From Marsupella aquatica (taxonomy: Eukaryota > Plantae > Marchantiophyta), in the NCBI GenBank assembly GCA_973895155.1, contig OZ316899.1:8125241-8189240 (forward strand): a stretch of DNA of 64,000 nt. The letters run 5' to 3'. Each line of letters opens with the position of its first letter. Position 1 is the first letter of the stretch. Under the pieces are notes generated by a model. It did not search any database and was not told where the DNA came from. It saw nothing but the letters and a program-made list of their open reading frames with translations. The translations under genes and the position numbers were made by a program. Positions 39,425 to 49,054 of the stretch are shown here, piece by piece.

Positions 39425-42400
39425 ATGGCAAATTTTGCATCACCAGAGTCTATCTCTTCTCAAGCTTCACAGTCTGCAGCTTCTCAGCGTTGAGAGACAA
39501 GGTCTTCGACTACCAACAAGGCACTAGCTTCGGGTTTGAAGACACCTCGTCGAAGGAAACTTGTTGATCCAATGGAGGTTTTGCCACCACCGATGGAGTC
39601 TTCTAAGTCGGAACCGTTCTCCATGGTGATCAACCATCACCTCTACCACTTTGGGCCAAACAAATTTGGGTATCCCCTTGTTCCCCCTCGAATTCCACTG
39701 TGTAGGATGCGAAACATGCAGCTTGTCAGGTCGCTGCAGACTGATTCCAATGCAATCGAAACGCTCAAGAATGAGTTTCAAGCTCAGGGTTACATTGAGG
39801 ACGCGCCCAGGTTTTACGTTCAGATGACAAACAAGAATGGTGAGGTTCAGTTCATCAATGACACCATTCGAATGGGTTGGGATCCGATATGGGCATTTCA
39901 GAACGAAGATTTTGAGAGAGTGCGATTCTCATCCAGACTTTGATGTATTGAAGGACAAAATGTTTCACTTTGATGGTAATCATCGTCTGTACTCGTGGAA
40001 TCTGCTGGCCATCGAGAACCCACATGATATCAAATATCATCCTCATCTTGTCACCAAGATTTTCAAAGGGGAGAAAGACACGTTTGTGCAGATTGAATCT
40101 ACAATGCATGCCCTGAACCGATGAGCACCGGATCTGTTCTGATTGATTCAATGCTGTCTGTCACTTCACATTTTGGGTTTTCTTATCTCTGATTTGTACT
40201 CGAAACATCTTTGATACTTTTGTTCATTAGCAGGCTCACTCAATGCCACGTTGAGAATTCATGGGTCCTAGAAGCAATCGTGTCCAGAAGATACTGAACA
40301 CGGACTTGTCGGTCAACAAGGATTTGATTGATGTAGACAATTTCAAGTTGTTCCAACAAAAGATGCAAAATGTGAAGAAACCCTCCTGGTATTCGAAAAA
40401 TATGACCCTGGATGCTTGTATTTACATTCTATCAGCTGCAAATATAGCTTCCCAGACTGCAGATTTGCAGAAGAAGTTTTCTCTCAAGGAGGATCTTGGA
40501 GAACCTTTGTCAAAAGCTGCGAAGGACACTGCTCTACGAGAAATGATGAAGGAGCAACTATCTGATTGGAATGTTAAAGTTCCAAAAATTGCTCCTCTTC
40601 TCAATCCCAAATTCGGGGATTTCTTTCAGAAATGTGTGGAGATGCACAACTACTATGAGAAAGAACGGAAGGAAGCACAAAGGACTGATGATAAAGGGAG
40701 AGGCAATGTCTCATGTGGTCTTGATCGAGGGAGGCTTTTTACCGGGGTAACATCTCTCAGCCCACTACTTCGTTGCAATCTACTTGAAGCGCAGTGCAAG
40801 CCCGAGCTACGGAAGCAATATTTTCATCCTGGGCAATTCTCAGATAGTGAGACTAAACTCTGGCTGCACAGGTGGGCTACGTGGGAACAAGTAGAGTCGA
40901 TTGCTAGATCTCTTTTGTCCGAAGCTGTTTCAGAAATGATTCTAAGTGTCCCTGAATCTCGAGTTCTTTCAGTCTCAGAGAAGAACAAGGCATCACTTGT
41001 TCTTGATATTAGTGATGAGTTTGAGGACTTTTTGCAGCGAGTTAAATCCAGGTTTTTCAAGAGCATTTGGGCCCCAAAAGTAGGGGAAAAGATAGATATT
41101 GTTGCATTTCGGAGAAGGGCAAAAAGATATGTATACCAATTTTTTGTTGACCGGGAGGTGGCCAATCGAGCATTCTGGTGGTGTTACCCCGCGTGTTTCT
41201 CCCAATGGGCCGAATACGTGACTGACGATTTAGGAAATCAAAAATGTGGCGACTACTCAATGTACCCTTGTGAGGATGTTGAGCCACTCCGGAAGATGAG
41301 TGAATGGGAGGTTTTACACTGTCCATGGTACTTAGATTCAGAGAATTGGTCACTGACATTTGATGGGACAGAGAAGCTTGCTTTGCAGAAGATAAATCGT
41401 GGGTTAGTCCCAGAGTTTTATATTTCTGAATCAAAAATGCCCAGCCTCAAAGCAGTGCAGGCCGGGTGTGAGGCGATGGAGCAGGCTTGCCTTGGTGTTG
41501 CACCAATTGTTGATAGAAGCCGTTCCAGAAAATTGAAGGACGTTGTGAAGGAGGTGTCAAAAGAGACCTCTCAGGTTTCCAGCAGGAGAAGTAAGTGTGC
41601 TCATCGTCCTAACTCTCCATCGGCTTCTAATGTTTAGTCCTTTCTTTGCAAATTCTCATTTTCTGAGGTTTTTGGTTCTCTTTTGTTTTCCAGAAAAGAG
41701 AAGGTCGACTGGTTCAGAGAGTGTCCAGACCGTGCAAAATCATGGGCGACAGGATCCCATTGAACTTGAATCTCCGGATTTTGAGATTGTGACGAAACCG
41801 ATTGGTGATAAGCTTAAGAAGAAGAGAAAAGTTCAAGTGCTCTTAGATTCAGAAGATGAGGAAGGGTCGATTAGTGAGGGTGTGATGAGGATATGTGGAC
41901 TTCAACTGGATGGGAATCAACATTTCTTTGCCAAGAGTAATTTACGTTTCACAGCAGACTCCATTGCTTTGAAGAAAGTTTGACCTTTGTGGATGGGGGA
42001 GGGGGATCGCTGGCTGAGTGAGATTTTGAGTTCTTCAGAACATCCCAATCCCCTAAGAATCAATGGCAACTGGTACCAGTGCCCATCTTGGGGTCATTGC
42101 TCTTCCTACAGGACTAAGGCCTCGTGTTACTGATGTGAAGGTGCCAGAATGGAATGTTTGGATGGAGAAACTTCCTTATTACTTCTTCGGAGTCATGAGG
42201 CCCATGTTGTCCGATGATGGATATGTGGCTGTTCTCCATAGTGGAGAATTTAACCACATGAAGCAGATTTTTGCTGCCATTGAGCAGAAGAATAAATTCA
42301 AACATCTTCGCCAGTACCACGTTTTGTTGAGTAGCCCAATGTGGATGCTAGACATCGATGTTGAGGTGAGATGTCAAGAGTTTTTGGTTTAAATTATAGG

Positions 42401-43429
42401 TGGTTTTTTGCCAGCGAGGTCGCTAGCCTTCACAGCCTCAATATTTGACATATTGTTTGCTTTTCCAGGTTTGCAATCTCAGTCTGGATGTGTTTTGTTG
42501 AACTGAATTTGATGGGAAGATCCCCAAGGACCCGAAGTACATCCCCATGGCAACATCCGAGGATGCATCTCATAAGAAGTTACTCAGTCTTTGTTACCCA
42601 AAAATCAATGTCAGGAGTGAGCTAGCTTTTGCAGGGTCTTGTCGATTATCTGTTGGATTCATGCAGGCGGTGATGGAGCTTTTGACAAGCCAAGAGACAT
42701 TGTGCTAGATTGGAATGTTGGAGATGGAAGTTCATTCCGAGCGGGGGAACTCTTCGGGAGGTTTGTAGTTGGGGTTGAGGATAGGGAATTTCTCCATGAT
42801 GCTGCGCAGGAGTTGTTGAAGTTGGTTCTGGATCGTCATAATAAAATTGAAGACATCACTGTCGGGATGGGTACTGAGTCATTGGAGGACGGGGATTCAG
42901 ATGACGAGTTTACTCTTGCCGGATCGAGTGGTGGAAGAACGAAAGTTCCTGCTCCGGATGGGAAAGATGACCACAATGAATTTGACTTGGAGTAATGTAC
43001 TTATCCTGTCTCATACCAAATCCAACTGTGTTTAGAAAGTTAAGTTCAGTTTTTTCCACCTTGAATTAATTGGCTGCTGGCTTTGCTTCTTACAGTGATC
43101 GGCGTGTAGATTGGTTCTCGGAGGAGAGATTTTGGCTCCGAAAGGAAATTGAGGGCGCTTTTCTCTTCTCGCCTGAGAAATCGTTCACTCTACCTTGCTA
43201 TGTGGAGAAGTCTGCAATTGAAGCAGATGAGACTTTTGTTATGACTTGGGAAGGAAAAGGTCGGAGGTCAGATCGTGGCGCTCGGAGGAATTTGTACAGC
43301 CTTCCTTTCATGGATGTTGAGGCGGGTCATGTGAAGAGATATGTGGACGAGTCCACTGAGTCAACTAATAGGGAGTTTAGCAGTGCGGAAATCAATAGTA
43401 GTAGTAGGAATGATTTGGAATCAGATTAA
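39425..43429 (+). pseudogene. Element B cargo gene: ParB/Srx-like domain, unknown domain, N6A/N4C DNA-methyltransferase-like fold; five exons
   Basis: Exons ~39425-40120, 40234-41590, 41694-42365, 42469-42991, 43096-43429. Motifs RIPLCRM...VR...IETLKNEFQAQGY...FDGNHRLYSW; MRPMLSDDGYVAV; PRDIVLDWNVGDGSSFRAGELFGRFVVGVE. Collinear with 56064-60176. Confidence 0.8.
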
Positions 43430-43878
43430 AGTCATTCCACAAATTAGTGTGAAGTTTGATTTTGCTTGTGTGTTCCCTGAATGGGAAGCAACAGAATAAG
43501 CTTGATCTCTTTAGCCATTCTGGGGAACTTACTCTTAGTTTCAATAAAGTAATTGAGGCAACCAATTTTGATGAGTGGGAAATGTCTGTAACTTGAGTAT
43601 AATCTTTATTGGTTATCTTGTTTTGATCAGTTTTGTGTATGATGGAAGGCTAGCGCCCTTGCTTACAACCCATGTGCATTATGAAAGTTTTGACAAATGC
43701 TTAGTTTGGTTGTGTGAAATCCTTTTTAGGCCCGTTTCTAGGCACTAAATATGCCATTCAAAAAATGACATATTCCTCGCTAACAAAAGCTCATGTCGCT
43801 AGCAATTTCTCTTGTTTCCTTGCATGGTACAAACCCCCTGAATGATTGATTAGTTGTTCTATACCTCACAACAGTTCT

Positions 43879-46315
43879 TGCATTTTGGACTTTTGAGAAG
43901 ATGGAGGATTGGTGGAAAAATGGGAATGCAATCAAAGGAAAAACCAAGTCACTAGAGACATGGCTTTTGTGGTGGATTGTGCAGTTCTCCCAGTGGGGAA
44001 ACTTTATTTGGCTGGTAAGTCTATGAATTCTTAGTACTATTAGTAATATTCTATCTCGGAGAGGCTCTCCGAGATGATTAATCTTGGACATGTTAGGAGA
44101 GCCTCTTCAAGATGGAACACGTGGGTCATCTCAGAGAGGCTCTCCGAGATGGAACATATGGGTAATCTTGGAGAGACTCTCCAAGATGGACGATGTGGGT
44201 TTTCTCGGAGAGCCTCTTTGAGATGGAACATATGGGTAATCTCCGAGATGGAAGACGTGGGTCATCTCAGAGAGCCTCTCCAAGATGGAAGAGGTGGGTC
44301 ATCTCGGAGAGCCTCTCCAAGATGGAAGAGGTAGGTCATCTTGGAGATCCTCTCTGAGATGGAAGAGGTGGGTCATCTATGAGAGCCTCTCTGAGATGGA
44401 ACATATGGGTAATCTTGGAGAGCCTCTCCAAGATGGAAGAGGTGGGTCATCTCGGAGAGCCTCTCCCAGATGAAACAAATGGGCGACAAAGAAGACATGT
44501 TAGAGAGCCAACTCTTGTTTTGTAAACATATGGTTCATCTTAGAGAGGCTCTCCGAGATGAAACACTGGTCATCTCGGAGAGCCTCTCAAGGATGGACCC
44601 CGTTGGACATGTTGCAGATGTACAAGATGACCCATGTACATTTTTTGGTAATACTCTTTTCTTTGATTTTTGTGTAGGACATGGACAGAACTAAGTCTGC
44701 ATTGATGCTGAATCATAGCGGGGCAGAATCCGTGCATGCCACGATGCGCCGATGGTCTTCCACAACAAAAATTGGGATAGTGCAATCTTGTATAACGGAT
44801 GTAACCCGTGCATCAAATCAAATTGGTGCCCTTGTGAACTACACGACCCACAGGAGGAAGGGCCATGGCCCAAGCCTCTTTGAAATTTGTCTTTGAGATG
44901 CCTGGATGGTTGGGAATGTTAAAAGTTTCTTCCCAAAGTTGAATACGGTGATGACTCAACCGGAGATGGTTGAATATGCTTTTGGGGACCCAATTTTTGG
45001 TGACTATGAAACTCAATGAATGTCGGCGCGAGGCAAGGTTCCAACTGATGCTATTGCAGTAGAAGACTCCCATCGCGATAATGTCATTCTAGTAACTTGA
45101 CCTAAGAAGCGGAAGTTCAAGGGGATTTCAAGCCAAGATGCAAACTTGAAAAGTACCATTCCTGACGTGGTCGACTTGTCAACCTCGTCAGACTCTCCTA
45201 CAGGCTCTGGTGGATCAGATGTGGTGATTTTGGAGAGCCCAGTACAGTGTGCGACAAGGTCAGCACGTGTCCCTCCACCATCAACCCCAAGGAGGTCAAA
45301 TCGAGTGTCTCCTCCGCCCCCAGCAAGGGCAACACGTGTTCCACCTCCTCCAACCCCAACAAGGTCAATACCAAGGTCACCCCCTGTTTGTCCACCAACA
45401 CGGTTTGCTGAACCTTTGCATAATAGAGGCAAACAGAGACAAGTTCACGAGAACAATGTGATGTCAGGAATGTTATTTTTGTCTCGCATCAGTTGCCATG
45501 GAAGTGGTCCCGCTTGTAGGGGTGCCTTCAAAGGCACAGAACGTCCAGCATGCGGTCTATACATCAAGGAGGTGGGGTTTCGTCATGCAATGTTGGGTGT
45601 GGTAGGATTGTGCTTATTGGTTGGGAGCAGTTACAAGGATCCAAACATTCCACAAAAGTTTTGGTTTTGCTCAAACAATGAGTGTTGCCAGAAATGCTCC
45701 ATTGCATATGTTACTGGGCGGTTGCCCCCACTACCAGAGAAGGTTTTAGTTGCTCAAGGAACCTATCTAACACAAGAGGAAGTTGATTTTTTCCATGTCA
45801 ATGGATTGAATGTGGTATAGACCATCATTCCTGGTGATTCAATGGTGAGTCCTGGCAATTTAATTCTGGACTTGAATAATTACCCTGAGCAGATGGATCC
45901 ATTGAAGCCTGATGTCAGGCTGAGCCGACGCAATGGCCGCTTACGGCAAAGGAGATTGATTGTGACGGCAGATGCAAAGAAACGTATTGAGAGTGCCAAA
46001 TCCAAGTTGATGAGGTTCACTTCCATGACTCGAATTGAAAAAGGGAATGCAACTGGCTTACGAGTGCTACTTTCCAACACTTATCGTGACCGCAATTCAG
46101 CCCATTGTGTACAAATATGTGTGTTCCCAACTTGCTCTTGTCAAGATTTCATCATGAGGGATACTGGAAGATACTTCTTTCCTTGCAAACACTTGTATTG
46201 GTGCTATAAAAACATTTGTGGATGAGATCTAGAGAGCGACCAAGAGATCCACTAGCCAATCTTGACACTTAGCGAGGTTCGTAAATTTGTGTCAAATGTA
46301 GCAGGCTCAGGGTGA
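43879..46315 (+). pseudogene. Element A transposase, 3' part (exon 43879-44014, intron 44015-44677, exon 44678-46315)
   Basis: Rejoins 15709 in frame (DAANVVLAFWTF...QWGNFIWL|GTAAGT). Candidate catalytic Glu in SGAESVHA; SWIM CSCQDF...CKH. Same intron position as in element C. Confidence 0.88.
44053..44590. repeat. Intronic array of the A-type palindrome
   Basis: ATCTYGGAGAG(G/C)CTCTCCRAGAT with ~39-bp period inside the transposase intron. Confidence 0.9.
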
Positions 46316-46415
46316 GTAAATGTCAAAGATATTTTGGGTTTAGTGGGTAGAACAATCTACTTTTTTATCCTTTCATAATAATAAATGTTCAAGATTCCTC
46401 CGTGATGTTGATCCC

Positions 46416-47563
46416 ATCTTGGAGAGGCTCTCCGAGATTCCAACCCAGTGTTGATCCCATCTTGAAGAGGCTCTCCAAGATTCCAAGTGATGTTGATCTC
46501 ATCTCGGAGAGGCTCTCCAAGATTCCAACCCAGTGTTGATCCCATCTCGGAGAGGCTCTCCAAGATTCCAACCCAGTGTTGATCCCATCTTGAAGAGGCT
46601 CTCCAAGATTCCAAGTGATATTGATCCCATCTCAGAGAGGCTCTCCAAGATTCTAACCCAGTGTTGATTCCATCTTGGAGAGACTCTCCAAGATTCCAAG
46701 TGGTGTTGATCCCATCTCGGATGGGATCTTGGAGAGGCTCTCCGAGATTCCAACCCAGTGTTGATCCCATCTTGGAGAGCTTCTCCAAGATTCCAAGTGA
46801 TGTTGATCCATCTCGGAGAGGCTCTCTGAGATTCCAAGTGATGTTGATCCCATCTTGGAGAGGCTCTCCGAGATTCCAACCCAGTGTTGATCCCCTCTCA
46901 AAGAGGCTCTCCGAGATTCCAAGTGGTGTTGATCCCATCTTGGAGAGGCTCTCCGAGATTCCAACCCAGTGTTGATCCCCTCTCGAAGAGGCTCTCCGAG
47001 ATTCCAAGTGATGTTGATCCCATCTCGGAGAGGCTCTCCAAGATTCCAACCCAGTGTTGATCCCATCTCGAAGAGCTTCTCTGAGATTCCAAGTGATGTT
47101 GATCCATCTCGGAGAGGCTCTCCAAGATTCCAACCCAATGTTGATCCCATCTCGGAGAGGCTCTCCAAGATTCCAACCTAGTGTTGATCCCATCTCGAAG
47201 AGCTTCTTCGAGATTCCAAGTGATGTTGATCCCATCTCGAAGAGGCTGTCCGAGATTCCAACCCAGTGTTGATCCCATCTCGAAGAGCCTCTCCAAGATT
47301 CCAAGTGATGTTGATCCCATCTCAGAGAGGCTCTCCGAGATTCCAACCCAGTGTTGATCCCATCTTGGAGAGCCTCTCCCAGATTCCAACCCAGTGTTGA
47401 TCCCATCTTGAAGAGCCTCTATGAGATTCCAATAATTCTTGGAGACTTTGGTGACCAATCTCAGAGAGGCCTCCAAGATTGACACAAAATAGGACGTCAA
47501 TCTTGAAGATGCCTCCGAGATTGATTAAAAAAAAAGGTCAATCTTGGAGAGGTCTCCGAGATT
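46416..47563. repeat. Downstream array of the A-type palindrome (~42-43-bp period, over 20 units)
   Basis: The palindrome is separated by two alternating linkers, TCCAACCCAGTGTTGATCCC and TCCAAGTGATGTTGATCCC. Confidence 0.93.
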
Positions 47564-47594
47564 GTCCAAAAAAATGTTGGTGACTGATATCAAT

Positions 47595-49054
47595 CACTAA
47601 TAACTGATGAGATTGCTCCTCTCCATCGACATGCGGCATCCAAAAACAATTTGACCTTGCTGGATTATTGTAGAGGGCAACTTTAATTTGTGGTATGAAG
47701 CACCCATGATCCATTGGCATGGAGTGGAGGCATTGGATAGAACTTTACGCGACATACAAGATAATGACCAAATCTTTGGAGGGGTTGTAGTTGTATTTGC
47801 AGGTGATTTTTGACAAGTGCTTCCAGTGAAGGAAAGGGCAAGTCGTCTAGAGATTGTGGGGTCGTGTTTGAAGAAGTTTTATGTGTGGAGTAGTATACGG
47901 ACTTTGAAGCTAACTGAAAATATGCGGGCAAGAGGAACTAACGCATCTCCTGAATTTGGTAATGTTACATTTGCGGAGTGGCTACTACAATTGGGCAATG
48001 ATAAACTCCCAAAAGGAGGGCCTTCAAATAATCTTATTACTTGCCTTGAGTCTATGGTGGTGGATGGAGGACGTGTGGAATCATTGATTCAGGCAATACA
48101 CTCGACTCTTGCTAATGTGGACAACAGGTTCTTAAGTGAGAGAACTATTGTGGCGCCGACAAATGATGAGGCACTAAAAATTAACGACTCTATCTTAGAA
48201 GGACTTCCCGGGGAATCAAGTGAGTTTTTTAGCGTTGATTGTCCAGATCAGCTTAAAGGGGAACTTTTTTACCCTACGGAGTTCTTGAGTACACTCACGC
48301 CGAGTGGTCTGCCGCCTCATAAGTTGGTACTGAAGGTTGGATGCCCTATCATTTTACTTAGGAATATAGATCACTCTTTGGGGTTGTGTAATGGAACTCG
48401 GTTAATTGTGAGAGCAATGAATCGTCGTGTCATTGAGGCACGTGTTCTTGCAGGAAAACATGCAGGGACCCTTACATTTATCCCACGGATTCCCTTGACG
48501 TCTGATGAGTCACTTCCTTTCTTATTACGTAGGGTCCAATTTCCAATTCGAGTGGCATATGCAATGACCATAAACAAGGCTCAAGGTCAGACTTTAGAAC
48601 ATGTAGGGTTACAACTTTCAAAGCCTGTATTTAGTCATGGAAAGTTGTATGTAGCATTCTCAAGGGAAACATCACCTACAACTATCAAGGTTTTACTTTG
48701 AGATTCTAAGGAGGGTCAAGCAAAGTTGACAAAAAATGTTGTATATGATGAGGTTCTTTATTGAACACCTGAATAAATACTATATCACTTTTGTATTAAT
48801 CTCTTTGACTTTTTGCCTGAATGATAAGTTTGCAATGCACAACCATGTTTGCCTCTCCTCAAAATCTTACCCTCACCTCAACATCTAACTTGCTCTCATC
48901 TCAACATGTTGCCCTCACCTCAACATCTAACTTGCTCTAATCTCAACATTTTACCCTCACTTTGACATCTTGCTCTCACCTCCAAATCTTGCACTCACCT
49001 CAACATCTTGCCCTCACTCAAAGTCTTTCGTGCAACGCACGGGCATGGGGCTAG
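47595..49054 (+). mobile_element. 3' part of a Helitron
   Basis: PIF1 helicase remnant; short CTCACCTCAACATCT repeats at 48860-49020; hairpin CGTGCAACGCACG at 49029-49041, then CTAG (49051-49054) followed by T. Confidence 0.9.
47620..48763 (+). pseudogene. Helitron PIF1-family helicase C-terminal half
   Basis: EAPM...EALDRTLRDI...FGGVVVVFAGDF*QVLPV; LTENMR; GLPPHKLVLKVGCPIILLRN; GLCNGTR; QFPIRVAYAMTINKAQGQT. Confidence 0.92.

Larger units (their letters stand above)
21833..43838. mobile_element. MULE-like element B, both ends present; ~9.9 kb after removing Copia-2 and LINE-1
   Basis: 9-bp TSD TGAATGATT (21824-21832, 43839-43847). Imperfect TIRs: GGGTATGACTACCATGCGAGGAAACAGG versus revcomp GGGGGTTTGTACCATGCAAGGAAACAAG. 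Contains divergent transposase (-) and ParB/MTase-like (+) genes. Confidence 0.92.
15710..43873 (+). mobile_element. Ty1/Copia LTR retrotransposon, Bianca-like (Copia-1); its 3' LTR is split by element B
   Basis: 5' LTR 15710-15860; PBS-like CGTTATCAGCACG 15861-15873; PPT AAGGGGGAG 21731-21739; 3' LTR 21740-21832 plus 43839-43873; TSD GTTCT at 15705-15709 and 43874-43878. Confidence 0.92.
12300..47590 (+). mobile_element. MULE-like element A (GCM-type transposase), host of nested Copia-1 and element B; both ends uncertain
   Basis: One transposase gene is split by Copia-1. The same palindromic repeat lies upstream, in the intron and downstream. No clear TIR/TSD pair was found. Confidence 0.7.

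Noticed and set aside
39425-43429. Bacterial contamination or prophage as the source of the ParB/MTase-like gene
   Set aside because: The gene has four spliceosomal-type introns conserved in two copies and lies inside a TSD-flanked element nested among plant TEs.
46357-47500. 349-aa, 200-aa and 171-aa repetitive ORFs
   Set aside because: They are translations of the tandem palindrome array, open in several frames on both strands.
46416-47563. CRISPR-like array (palindromic repeat plus spacers)
   Set aside because: The spacers are two recurring linkers rather than unique sequences, there are no cas genes, and the context is eukaryotic.
47575-47600. GACTGATATC as the decayed right TIR of element A
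   Set aside because: It only loosely resembles the ...ATACCC end, and no matching left TIR or TSD was found.
47817-48701. Host PIF1 helicase gene
   Set aside because: It is truncated, has stops, and is followed by the Helitron hairpin and CTAG end.
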